This document shows positions 10,391 to 19,508 of a stretch of DNA of 48,258 nt, piece by piece (position 1 is the first letter of the stretch; the number at the start of each line of letters is the position of its first letter). The DNA comes from Deinococcales bacterium. Lineage in GTDB: Bacteria > Deinococcota > Deinococci > Deinococcales > JAAFIG01. The DNA is taken from NCBI GenBank assembly GCA_031414595.1, contig JANNVX010000046.1, positions 1-48,258 on the forward strand, read 5' to 3'. The position numbers and the translations under genes are program-made. The notes beneath the pieces are model-generated. The model worked only from the letters and a program-made list of their open reading frames with translations, was not told where the DNA came from and searched no databases.

Positions 10391-10610
10391 AGGGCGAAGG
10401 GCAAAAGTAGAGCCTCCGAAAGAATGTCATTTTATCGTCAGTTACAGGACAGACACAGGGGTGTCTTGACCATAAACGCGCACTTGACGGGCATGGTCGC
10501 CTGTCCCTACAGTCATGGTATAAAAATGCGTGAGGTAGGGGCGAATCCCCGTGTTCGCCCTGTTTTTCCTAGGGCAAAAGTAAAACCCTTTCGCCTTTCG
10601 CCTTTTGCCT
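10377..10610. repeat. Composite intergenic element: inverted heptamer arrays flanking a REP-like cassette bounded by 12-bp direct repeats
   Basis: AAGGCAA/AGGGCGA/AGGGCAA units on the left, TTCGCCT-TTCGCCT-TTTGCCT (10590-10610) on the right; AGGGCAAAAGTA at 10398-10409 and 10571-10582. Confidence 0.7.
10535..10560 (+). repeat. GTAG-family REP-like palindrome
   Basis: GTAG + GGGCGAA-TCCCCGTG-TTCGCCC (perfect 7-bp stem), the architecture of RAYT-associated REPs; an interrupted opposite-strand copy lies at 10447-10510. Confidence 0.7.
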
Positions 10611-10623
10611 TTATACTCTCCCC

Positions 10624-11784
10624 ATGTCTAATTTTGATGCCCTTGAGCCGAGCCGCTTGCGTGACCCTTATTCGATTAAATGGAATTATTACCCAGAAGA
10701 TGTCTTGCCGCTTTGGGTAGCAGATATGGATTTTCCAGTTGCCGAGGAAATTAAAAAAGCGATAATCGCTCGGCTCGAGTACAACCTTGGCTATCCATTC
10801 ATGGGCGGCGACCCGCGTTTACTGGCTGCCATTATTCGGCAACAAGAGAGTTATGGTTTATTGGGCTTAGAAAATAAAAACCTGATGCTGGTCTCGAGTG
10901 TTGTTCCGGGCTTATACGCCGCAATTCAGGGCTTGACCAGTGTGGGCGACGAAGTAATTACCCAAACACCGATTTATCCACCGTTTTTAAGCAGTGTGCG
11001 CGACCATGGACGAATTGCGGTAGAGAACCCAATGCTGCAAACCGAATCTGGTTGGGAAATAGATTTTATTCATCTCGAGCGCTTGGTGACTCCAAAAACC
11101 AAGGTGTTTATGCTTTGTAACCCACAAAATCCGACTGGGCGGGTTTTTAAGCGCAGTGAACTCGAGCAATTAGCCGATTTTGTATTGCGTCATGATTTAC
11201 TGGTGATTACCGACGAACTGCATTCAATGCTGCGACTCGAGGGCGAACACATTGCCTTTGCCAGCCTCAGTCCAGAAATGGCAGTGCGTACCATCACGCT
11301 GACAGGACCTTGTAAAGCCTTTAACACGGCTGGTTTTGGTGGCGGGGTAATCATTGCCCATAACACAGCTTTACTCGAGCAGATTCAAAAAGCCACCAAA
11401 GGACTGATGGGACACCCAAACATTTTCAGCATGGAAATGTGGCGGGTTGGACTTGAAGAAAGCGGCGCTTGGCTTGAGGAGACCCTGAGTTATTTACGTG
11501 CCAATCGTGATTTCTTAAACAGTTGGCTCGAGCAGCACTTGCCCGAAGTCACTTGTATCCCCGCCGAAGGCACATACCTTGCTTGGTTGGATTTTAATAA
11601 ATTTGGGTTTGCCAAAGATATTTATAAAATTTTACTCGAAGAAGCCAAAGTCGGCTTAAACGACGGACCACCATATGGGGCTGGCTATTCTGGTTGGCTG
11701 CGAATTAACTTTGCAACCTCGAGAGCCATTTTACAAGAAGCCTTAACTCGAATAGAAACTTGTATTCGCAGTAAAGTGGATTAG
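10624..11784 (+). CDS. MalY/PatB-family PLP-dependent C-S lyase / aminotransferase
   Basis: SIKW, LPLWVADMDF, LCNPQNPTGRV, DELH, KAFN (PLP Lys), EGTYLAWLD, RINFAT. Confidence 0.92.
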   Translation: MSNFDALEPSRLRDPYSIKWNYYPEDVLPLWVADMDFPVAEEIKKAIIARLEYNLGYPFMGGDPRLLAAIIRQQESYGLLGLENKNLMLVSSVVPGLYAAIQGLTSVGDEVITQTPIYPPFLSSVRDHGRIAVENPMLQTESGWEIDFIHLERLVTPKTKVFMLCNPQNPTGRVFKRSELEQLADFVLRHDLLVITDELHSMLRLEGEHIAFASLSPEMAVRTITLTGPCKAFNTAGFGGGVIIAHNTALLEQIQKATKGLMGHPNIFSMEMWRVGLEESGAWLEETLSYLRANRDFLNSWLEQHLPEVTCIPAEGTYLAWLDFNKFGFAKDIYKILLEEAKVGLNDGPPYGAGYSGWLRINFATSRAILQEALTRIETCIRSKVD

Positions 11785-12059
11785 GAGTCCAATAATCTTT
11801 TCAGGTCTTTGTAGACTCGAGACCGATGTCCGATTGCACGAACCAACATGGTTTTTTCTGATTCAAACCGATAAACTATCCGGTAATCACCAACCCGCAA
11901 TTTGAACAGCCCCTTAAAGTTCCCTTCAAGGGCTTCTAGGGGAACATCGTTGCTCAAAAACCACTGCAAGCGCTCCACAACTTTAGCTTGCAAATCTGAA
12001 TCAAATTCATAGAATTGTTTTTTTGCGAGAACACCAAAATCAAGTGTTAAACCGACCAC
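11781..12059 (-). CDS. RelE/ParE-family type II toxin
   Basis: L.G.FKGLFKLRVGDYRIVY...IGHRSRVY; overlaps a small upstream ORF. Confidence 0.88.
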   Translation of the reverse strand: MVGLTLDFGVLAKKQFYEFDSDLQAKVVERLQWFLSNDVPLEALEGNFKGLFKLRVGDYRIVYRFESEKTMLVRAIGHRSRVYKDLKRLLDS

Positions 12060-12253
12060 TTCAAACCCACAGAAGCTGCCAAGTCTTGAATGCTAATCCG
12101 CCCTTCTAGCGGTTCTGGTTGAGATAAAATGATTTTCATTTCATCGCTCAATTCTAAACCCGCGTCTGGGTCGGTTTCACGCAGGGTTTCACGCACGGTT
12201 TCCTGAATAATAAACCGCAATTCGGCGACTGTTAAATCTGCGACTCGTTGCAT
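12047..12253 (-). CDS. Putative cognate antitoxin
   Basis: 68-aa acidic ORF upstream of and overlapping the toxin; VADLTVAEL...DPDAGLEL; TAGAAT 6 nt upstream of the ATG. Confidence 0.75.
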   Translation of the reverse strand: MQRVADLTVAELRFIIQETVRETLRETDPDAGLELSDEMKIILSQPEPLEGRISIQDLAASVGLKWSV

Positions 12254-12308
12254 GGAAAAATTCTAAACCCTAGGCTTAAAAAAAGCCAGCCTTGAAAACC
12301 AGATGATT

Positions 12309-13451
12309 TTAATTGTCTAGCAGTTCAACAATATCAAGCGGTTCTGGCACAACTTGCGGTAAGGTAAAAAAGAAACTCGAGCCTTTATCTCGAGCGCTTT
12401 GTACCCAAATGCTTCCGCCGTGTTGCTCGACGGCTAGTTTGCAAAATGCCAAACCCATGCCAGTGTCAAAGCGGGTGCTGTTGGTTAGCCTCGAACGCTC
12501 AAAATCCTTGAAGATGCGTTCAACGTCCTCATCGGGGATGCCTTCACCGTCGTCATGGACAGCAATTTCAATCATAGCAGCAACCACTCGAGCCTCGATT
12601 TGAATTCTGCCTTGAGCGATGGTGTGCTTAAAGGCATTGGAAACCAAATTGGCAAGGATGCGCCGTACAATGTCTTCGTCGGCACTAAAAAGGGCTAAGC
12701 TGTCGGGGACCCTGGCGCGGACGCGGCGTTGCTGCATACCAACACCAACATCCATTAAAGAATTTTCGATTACCCGCTTCAGGTCTCTGCCTGTCATTGG
12801 TTTAGGCTCGAGTTTGAGTTTGCCATCGCGCATTTTTCGCACTTCTAAAATATTACTGGCAAGGTGCAGCAAACGCTGCGATTCTTCATATGCCATTTCG
12901 ATTAAGTCGCGTTGTTGCTGTAGTAAATTCTGCCCATCAGAACGCACAAAATCGACTGCCCCCATAATTGCCGAAATTGGATTTTTTAAGTCATGGACAA
13001 GCATATGGGTCAGGCGGTCACGCAGCCGTTCTTCCTCGAGTAACTGATTGTATTTTTGATCCAAAGTATCAAAACGTACATTTAAGCCTTGTTGTGCCTG
13101 TTTTATTCTTAAGCCTAGCTCGAGCCGAACCTTAAAGCGATTCGCATCAAAAGGTTCTGGTTCGACATCGGTTAAACCAGCTTCATAAAATAAAGTCATT
13201 TGTTCAAAAGGACAGATTGCCAGTAACCATGTGTTTTTTAAGTCGGCACGGCGCGATAACAAACCAGCCACTTCAGGCGCGGCAATTGTGCCTCGCAGAT
13301 TGGCATGAATCACCACCACCAACGGGTTCGACAGATGCGCCTCGAGTAAGGCTTGGTCTGCCGAGTCAATATGACGCACGTCAAAGCCGTCCAAGGCAGT
13401 TTGAATGGCGAGGGTCATGACAACATCGCTGGAAGCGATTACGGCTTGCAT
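12309..13451 (-). CDS. Cytoplasmic histidine kinase with N-terminal degenerate receiver-like domain
   Basis: H-box LVHDLKNP, N-box NLVSNAFKH, G1 DDGEGI, G2 GMGLAFCK; no TM segments. Confidence 0.9.
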   Translation of the reverse strand: MQAVIASSDVVMTLAIQTALDGFDVRHIDSADQALLEAHLSNPLVVVIHANLRGTIAAPEVAGLLSRRADLKNTWLLAICPFEQMTLFYEAGLTDVEPEPFDANRFKVRLELGLRIKQAQQGLNVRFDTLDQKYNQLLEEERLRDRLTHMLVHDLKNPISAIMGAVDFVRSDGQNLLQQQRDLIEMAYEESQRLLHLASNILEVRKMRDGKLKLEPKPMTGRDLKRVIENSLMDVGVGMQQRRVRARVPDSLALFSADEDIVRRILANLVSNAFKHTIAQGRIQIEARVVAAMIEIAVHDDGEGIPDEDVERIFKDFERSRLTNSTRFDTGMGLAFCKLAVEQHGGSIWVQSARDKGSSFFFTLPQVVPEPLDIVELLDN

Positions 13452-13501
13452 AGGCTCATCTTAGCGCAAATTTCTGCTGATGATGACGAAAGTCCACACA
13501 A

Positions 13502-13993
13502 CTATAATTTGAGTGTCCAATTCTGACTGATTTGCCGTGCCGCTTCAAAGGCAGCAATGCCGACGCTGACCGATAAATTCAGGCTATGAAAACGATGATC
13601 TTCACGCGGGGCTTTTTCTGCGCCGGGCATTGGGATTCTTAAAGTGCGGTACTTCTCGAGGATTTCTCTTGGCACACCATCGGACTCACGCCCAAAAACA
13701 AGGTAATCGTCTTTTTGATACTCAATTTGTGAGTAAATTTCGGAAGCCCAACCCGAAAGCACAAAGACTCGAGCCTCTGGGGACAGACTCTCTTCAAAGG
13801 CTTGCCATGAAGCATGTTCGGTCAGTTCGGCATCCTCCAAGTAATCCATGCTGGCGCGTTTCATGCGTTTATCAAGCAGTTGAAAACCAAATGGGCGCAC
13901 CAGATGAAGCCGTGTTTCGATCAAAGCACAGGTGCGGGCGATTGCTCCGGTGTTGTGTGGGATTTCGGGTTGGTAAAGGACAACATTTAGCAC
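13502..13993 (-). CDS. trmL: tRNA (cytidine/uridine-34-2'-O)-methyltransferase
   Basis: VVLYQPEIPHNTG, RASMDY, LVFGRESDG, RIPM, SLNLS (SPOUT); GTG at 13993 is 7 nt from TATACT, alternative ATG at 13999. Confidence 0.92.
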   Translation of the reverse strand: MLNVVLYQPEIPHNTGAIARTCALIETRLHLVRPFGFQLLDKRMKRASMDYLEDAELTEHASWQAFEESLSPEARVFVLSGWASEIYSQIEYQKDDYLVFGRESDGVPREILEKYRTLRIPMPGAEKAPREDHRFHSLNLSVSVGIAAFEAARQISQNWTLKL

Positions 13994-14011
13994 AGTCATG
14001 AGTATACGGTA

Positions 14012-14067
14012 TTTGGGCTTTGAGCTTTGAGCTTTGAGCTTTGAGCTTTGGGCTTTGAGCTTTGAGC
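14012..14067. repeat. Heptamer tandem repeat (TTTGAGC/TTTGGGC) x8
   Basis: Eight contiguous units read directly; located between divergent genes. Confidence 0.95.
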
Positions 14068-14104
14068 TATGGTTTAACCAGTGGTTCTCGAGTAAACTTT
14101 TTTA

Positions 14105-14275
14105 ATGTGGGTTAGCACGCTTATTCTTTCGATCTTGTTGCTTGTGGATTTAATGGTGATTTTTATTCTGGGTGCAGGGTTTTCGCAACGCCGTGTCTTT
14201 GATTGGAATATGTTGTTAGTTACTTTTATTCTTAATGTCATTGGAGCGTACTTGTGGCGCAAGAGCCGTCAATAA
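14105..14275 (+). CDS. Small 56-aa membrane protein with two TM segments (absent from the ORF track)
   Basis: MWVSTLILSILLLVDLMVIFILGAGFSQRRVFDWNMLLVTFILNVIGAYLWRKSRQ*; TAAACT 6 nt upstream; TAATG overlap with the next gene. Confidence 0.7.
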   Translation: MWVSTLILSILLLVDLMVIFILGAGFSQRRVFDWNMLLVTFILNVIGAYLWRKSRQ

Positions 14276-15186
14276 TGCTTGCAGCCCAAGAGCCGTCAAT
14301 AAAAGCCTACTCGAGTAGTCATTACGCAATGCCGCTTCCCGATGGGCATAAATTCCCAATGCAAAAGTACGCTGGGGTACGCTTTTTAGTCGAACAGCAA
14401 AGAATTTTGGTTCTCGAGCCACCTCGAGCCGAGTGGGATTTGGTTGAACGGGTGCATGACCAAAGTTACTTAAAAAATTTGCGCTTTGGGACGTTATCGG
14501 GTAAAGAAATTCGTTTACTCGGTTTTCCGTGGTCTGAAATGCTGATTGAACGGGCTTTACGAGCCACTGGCGGGACTTTGGCGGCGGCAGAAAACGCGCT
14601 GCAAACAGGTTTGGGCATCAATTTGGCAGGTGGCACGCACCATGCCTACCCCAGTCATGGCGAGGGATTTTGTGTCCTGAACGATGTGGCGATTGCTTGT
14701 CTGGAATTACTAGAGCGCGGTCTTGAGCGGATTTTGGTACTGGATTTGGACGTTCATCAGGGCAATGGTACAGCCTTTGTTTTTAAGGATGAGCCTCGAG
14801 TCTTTACCTTGTCGGTGCATGGGGAGCGCAATTATCCTTTTCATAAAGAAGCCTCGAGTTTAGACCTTGGTTTACCCGATGGTGTGGACGACCAAGCCTA
14901 TTTGCAACTTCTCGAGGAGCGTGTGCTGCCTGTGGTGCAGCGTTTCAAACCGCAGTTGGTCTTTTACCTAGCGGGGGTGGATGTGCTGGCTCGAGACCAA
15001 TTTGGGCGTTTTGCTTTGACCCTAGCTGGGGTGCGCCAACGCGATGCTCGAGTTTTTGAGTTTTGCCAAATTCTGGGCATTCCAGTCGTGAGTTTAATGG
15101 CGGGTGGCTACAACAAAGACCTTGGTTTGACGATACAAGCCCATGCCAATACGGTCTTGGCTGCCCTAGGGATTTTTGGTGGCTAA
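14275..15186 (+). CDS. Zn-dependent deacetylase, histone deacetylase (HDAC/AcuC) family
   Basis: HKFPM, GGTHHA, GFC..ND, DLDVHQGNGT, AGVD..D, GGY; start probably ATG 14275. Confidence 0.93.
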   Translation: MLAAQEPSIKAYSSSHYAMPLPDGHKFPMQKYAGVRFLVEQQRILVLEPPRAEWDLVERVHDQSYLKNLRFGTLSGKEIRLLGFPWSEMLIERALRATGGTLAAAENALQTGLGINLAGGTHHAYPSHGEGFCVLNDVAIACLELLERGLERILVLDLDVHQGNGTAFVFKDEPRVFTLSVHGERNYPFHKEASSLDLGLPDGVDDQAYLQLLEERVLPVVQRFKPQLVFYLAGVDVLARDQFGRFALTLAGVRQRDARVFEFCQILGIPVVSLMAGGYNKDLGLTIQAHANTVLAALGIFGG

Positions 15187-15193
15187 ACAGCAC

Positions 15194-15352
15194 TTATCCA
15201 CAAGCTGGTTTGACCTGTGGATAAGTTGAACGGCTCGATTTTTAGCATCTTCTTTTGCGGTACTGAATTCGTGAATAACAATTTGGTTTGAGATTCAACA
15301 TTCGTGTCATGGGTTTGTCAATCCCCAAGGTTATCCACAGGGGTGTGGATAA
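15194..15352. promoter_or_regulatory. DnaA-box cluster
   Basis: TTATCCACA 15194-15202, TGTGGATAA 15216-15224, TTATCCACA 15331-15339, TGTGGATAA 15344-15352, plus near-consensus CGTGAATAA 15270-15278. Confidence 0.85.
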
Positions 15353-15400
15353 CAAAAGGGGTTTCACTTTGGGCGTTTGGCGCGTTAGACTCGGGCTTAC

Positions 15401-18400
15401 ATGGCTTTTCATTTGCGTTTGGTTGGTGGGTGCGTTTTGGAGCGCGAGACTGCTCCTGTGCCTTTGGGCAAACGTTCCAATGCACTGCTGGCGTATTTGG
15501 CACTCGAAGGAATCACGGCTCGTGGAACAATTGCCACCCTGCTGTGGAATGAAACCGACGAGGAACGCGCCAGAGCCAGTCTGCGCCAAGAAATTTACCG
15601 CATCAATCAAATTGGTGAAATTATCCTGAATGACCGACATCATGTTTGGTTAGCCAGTAGTGTCGAACACGACTTAGAGCAGTTCAATACCTTAGAAGGC
15701 GAATTTGCGGCTGGGCTAACGCTGGACGAACTCGAATTTGAGGCTTGGCTGGATGGCGCTCGGGCGTTACTGCGCGATAAACGCAGTGCTTTTTTAGAAG
15801 TTGAAGTACGGCGTTTGACCTTGGCTCGAGCATGGCGTGATGCGATGCTGATGGCACGGCGGGTCTTAAGTTTAGACCGTTTTGCAGAAAAATCGCACCG
15901 AGATTATATTCGCCTTGCCTATTTAGCCGATGACCGCGTGGCGGTGCGAACCGCGATCCTCGAGTTACGGCGGGTGCTACGTGAAGAACTTAGCACAATT
16001 CCAGAATCTGAAACAGTGCAGTTAATCGAAGCTATCGAGCAAGGACGTTTACCCAAACCCGATGCGCCACAAAACAGACGAATCCCGATGACGGTCTTGC
16101 GACCACCAAAATTGGCTGGCTCGAGGGCATGGCAGGCTTTGGTTGGCGGGGTGACTCGCGGCAAAGCGATGTTTATTTCGGGCGAACTCGGCAGTGGCAA
16201 AACCCGTTTGCTGTCCGAACTGGCAGCTTCACGCAGTGCGCTTGGGGCAAAGGTACTCGAGTTGCGTTGCCGTGAAACCGAAAGTACGATTCCTTTTGCT
16301 TCGCTGATTCAAGCTGTGCGTGACCATGTGATGCTTGAAAAACACTTGGGGACACCTTCGCATTTCCCCGAATTATGGCGCGGTGAACTCGCCCGTTTAA
16401 TCCCCGAATTACGCGACCCTAATTTGGTCTACCGTTCGCTTGAACAAAACAGCGAATTTGGTGATGCTCGAGCGCGGGTTTTAGAGTCCTTTACCCAATA
16501 CGCCCTGTCTATTTCTGCGCCCAATGGCATGTTGATCATAGACGACCTGCATTGGGCAGACCCTGCCACCCTCGAGTGGCTCAGTTATGCCACACCGCGT
16601 TTACTGCCGTTTGGGGTGGCGGTGCTGGCGGCTTTTACCAATCTCGAAGTTGGCGTGGCACTACGAGACTTAATCTCTAAACTCGAATCAGCTGGTTTAG
16701 CCAACCGCATAGACTTAGAACCTTTTGCTCTACCCGAAATCGAGGAGTTACTGGGCGGGATTGACCGCCGCGCCACACCATTAGCAGCCGATTTACTACG
16801 GGTGACAGGTGGCAATCCACTGTTTATTGTCGAAACCTTAAAGCATCTGCTCGAGACTGGACAACTGAGTTTAGAATGGCAACTGCAAGGTCAACTCGAG
16901 CCTCCCGAACGAATTGGGGCGTTGTTGCGGCGGCGTTTAGAACGCATGACCCCTTTGGCAAGGCGGGTGCTTGGGGTGGTGGCACTGCTTGATTCAAGCG
17001 ATGGCGCTCTGGTGGCTGGTACATTACGCGCCGACGAACTCGAAGTTGCCCAAGCCTTATCCGAAGCCGAACAGAACCATATGCTGCGTCAAGACGGAGC
17101 ATTTTCACACGATGCAGTTCGCCGTACTGTCCTCGAGTTCCTGCCTGAAGCGGTGCAACGCGCCCTGCACCGTCGGGCTGCTCAAATACTGGAAAGCCAA
17201 AATGCTGATGCCAACCGCATTGCCTCGCATTACACCAAAGCCTCGGATGCTCGTTTGGCTGCCCCGCACCTGATTCGGGCGGCAGAACTGGCGCTCGAGC
17301 AACTTGAACCAAGCCGTGCGATTGCCTTACTCGAGGGCTTGAGTCATTCAAACTTAGAACCTCAACTCCAAGCCCGTTGGTTGATTGCCCATGCCGAAGC
17401 CTTGTTAAGCAGCAAACGCTACCTAGAAGCCGAACGTGATGCCCAAAACGCCTTACTCGTGGCAAAACGCAGCAGCGATATTTTACTCGAGCATCGTGCC
17501 AGTTTGGTCTTGTCCGAAGCGCACTTGTTACAAGGCAAATTACTCGAGGTGCGTTCAATGCTCGAGCCGCTTGTGCCTAAACTTGGTTTTGACCATCAAC
17601 TTCGTGCCAACGCTGCCCTTGGTTGGGCTTCAAGCATTTTAGGTGACACCACACGAGCCACCAAAGCCTTTGCCCAAACCGTGCCGTGGGGTGCAGAAGC
17701 CCAATTGGGGCGTGCCTTAACCGCTTGGTACACCGGAAAAACCCGCGACGCGCTGCATGCTGCCCAAGTCGCTTTTGAAAGTAGCCCCGACGGTTTTAAG
17801 CGGGTTCAGAGTAACATTGTGCTGGGCATTGCCTTATGGACACGCGGACAATTCTCCGATGCCATCAGCACCCTCAATTCTGCTTTAGAACATCCCGAAG
17901 CCCAGCCGCAACAACGGGTTGCAGTTTGGTTGGCTCGCGCTCCGATTTATTTGTCTCGAGGACAGTTTGATTATGCTCTCCAAGACATCGAATACGCACT
18001 TGCCAACCCACGGGCAATGCAAAAAAATCAACTCGCCGATGCTAAAAATCAACTGGGCTTGCTGTACGGTTTATGTGGCGATTTAGAAAGTAGCCTGATG
18101 TGCTTTGCCGAAAGTATCAGGCACTGCGAAACCGACAGCCTCGAGGCAGTGCTGATTCCACGTGGTTTACAAGCTGCACTGCTGGCACTGCACCAAGACC
18201 CACGCCACCACCAAGCTGCCCAAGAAGCCCTGCACTACTATGAACCAAGTCAGCATGCCCTAGGACGCTGCTATGCTCTTTTGGGGGCAGCCGAAAGCGC
18301 TTTGGCTGACCACAACCCAAAACTGGCACTCGAGTACGGGCAAACCCTACTAAACTTAGCCCTCGAGTACGAAATGCCCGAAATGCGAGCCTATGCCCAA

Positions 18401-18619
18401 CTGATGATTGGTAGCAGCAAATCGGACACCAACGCCTTAGAAAGTGCTTTAACTTTGGCGCAAAGCATTGGGCTAACCCTTGTAATTGCCAGAGCCGCGA
18501 TTGCCTTACAGCGCAGGAGTGTTTCGCAAAGTGCCATCGAAATGCTGCTCGAGCATATCCCCAGTTCTTTGCGTGGTTTTGCTGCCCAAAGTATCGCTGC
18601 CAAATTACTGCTAATCTAA
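15401..18619 (+). CDS. SARP-type (wHTH-BTAD) AAA-ATPase/TPR transcriptional regulator
   Basis: ALLAYLAL..R..IATLLW, ARASLRQ; Walker A GELGSGKT; IDDLHWAD; TGGNPLF; C-terminal helical repeats. Confidence 0.88.
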   Translation: MAFHLRLVGGCVLERETAPVPLGKRSNALLAYLALEGITARGTIATLLWNETDEERARASLRQEIYRINQIGEIILNDRHHVWLASSVEHDLEQFNTLEGEFAAGLTLDELEFEAWLDGARALLRDKRSAFLEVEVRRLTLARAWRDAMLMARRVLSLDRFAEKSHRDYIRLAYLADDRVAVRTAILELRRVLREELSTIPESETVQLIEAIEQGRLPKPDAPQNRRIPMTVLRPPKLAGSRAWQALVGGVTRGKAMFISGELGSGKTRLLSELAASRSALGAKVLELRCRETESTIPFASLIQAVRDHVMLEKHLGTPSHFPELWRGELARLIPELRDPNLVYRSLEQNSEFGDARARVLESFTQYALSISAPNGMLIIDDLHWADPATLEWLSYATPRLLPFGVAVLAAFTNLEVGVALRDLISKLESAGLANRIDLEPFALPEIEELLGGIDRRATPLAADLLRVTGGNPLFIVETLKHLLETGQLSLEWQLQGQLEPPERIGALLRRRLERMTPLARRVLGVVALLDSSDGALVAGTLRADELEVAQALSEAEQNHMLRQDGAFSHDAVRRTVLEFLPEAVQRALHRRAAQILESQNADANRIASHYTKASDARLAAPHLIRAAELALEQLEPSRAIALLEGLSHSNLEPQLQARWLIAHAEALLSSKRYLEAERDAQNALLVAKRSSDILLEHRASLVLSEAHLLQGKLLEVRSMLEPLVPKLGFDHQLRANAALGWASSILGDTTRATKAFAQTVPWGAEAQLGRALTAWYTGKTRDALHAAQVAFESSPDGFKRVQSNIVLGIALWTRGQFSDAISTLNSALEHPEAQPQQRVAVWLARAPIYLSRGQFDYALQDIEYALANPRAMQKNQLADAKNQLGLLYGLCGDLESSLMCFAESIRHCETDSLEAVLIPRGLQAALLALHQDPRHHQAAQEALHYYEPSQHALGRCYALLGAAESALADHNPKLALEYGQTLLNLALEYEMPEMRAYAQLMIGSSKSDTNALESALTLAQSIGLTLVIARAAIALQRRSVSQSAIEMLLEHIPSSLRGFAAQSIAAKLLLI

Positions 18620-18623
18620 CATC

Positions 18624-19508
18624 ATGCAAATACGCATTCTTGGTATTCCAATGGATTTAGGGGCGGGCAGACGTGGTGTGGATATGGGCGCAAGTGCGCT
18701 GCGCTATGCCCAGCTTTCCGAAACCCTGCGCGACCTTGGGCATGAAGTCCGTGACCTCGGCAATGTCCCCGTAGCGGTGGTCGAAACCATAGACCGTTCA
18801 AGTGGCAATGCCCATTATCTCGAGGAAATCCGTGCGGCTTGTGGGGCAGCCGCCACCATCCTGCAAAATCTCGAGCCAGAAGTTTTTCCCATTTGCATTG
18901 GCGGCGACCACAGCATGAGCATGGGAACAGTGGCAGGCACATTTAATGGCGAACGGCGCGGTTTAATTTGGGTGGATGCCCACACCGATTTTAATACCCC
19001 AGACTCGAGTCCAAGCGGTAACATTCACGGGATGCCGGTTGCCAGTTTGGTCGGACTGGGCGATGAACGCTTAATTAACATTGGTGGCGTGGGCAGAAAA
19101 GTCCGCCCTCAAGACATTGTGATGATTGGCATTCGCAGCGTAGACACCAATGAACGCCAACTCTTAAAAGAACACGGCATCAAAGTCTTCACCATGAAAG
19201 ACATAGACCGCCTTGGCATGGCAGAAGTGGTTAAACAGGCTTTTGAACACCTCGCGCACTTAGAAAAATGGCACGTGTCCTTTGATGCCGACAGCCTCGA
19301 CCCAAGCATTGCGCCCGGCGTAGGCACACCCGTCCCCGGCGGATTATCGTACCGCGAGGCGCACTTGCTGATGGAACTTTTATCCGACACACGCCGCGTC
19401 GCCAGCCTTGATTTGGTCGAAGTCAACCCTGTGCTAGACCGCGAGAACATGACGGCTGGGCTGATGGTTGAAATGACTGCCAGTTTACTGGGCAAAAAGA
19501 TTTTATAA
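18624..19508 (+). CDS. rocF: Arginase
   Basis: GGDHS, DAHTD, SGNIHGMP, SFDADSLDP, GTPVPGG, EVNP. Confidence 0.95.
   Translation: MQIRILGIPMDLGAGRRGVDMGASALRYAQLSETLRDLGHEVRDLGNVPVAVVETIDRSSGNAHYLEEIRAACGAAATILQNLEPEVFPICIGGDHSMSMGTVAGTFNGERRGLIWVDAHTDFNTPDSSPSGNIHGMPVASLVGLGDERLINIGGVGRKVRPQDIVMIGIRSVDTNERQLLKEHGIKVFTMKDIDRLGMAEVVKQAFEHLAHLEKWHVSFDADSLDPSIAPGVGTPVPGGLSYREAHLLMELLSDTRRVASLDLVEVNPVLDRENMTAGLMVEMTASLLGKKIL

Noticed and set aside
11781-12253. Toxin-antitoxin pair as the marker of a mobile element
   Set aside because: No integrase, transposase or att-like repeats nearby; it looks like an ordinary chromosomal TA module.
14012-14067. CRISPR array
   Set aside because: 7-bp tandem units with no spacers and no cas genes.
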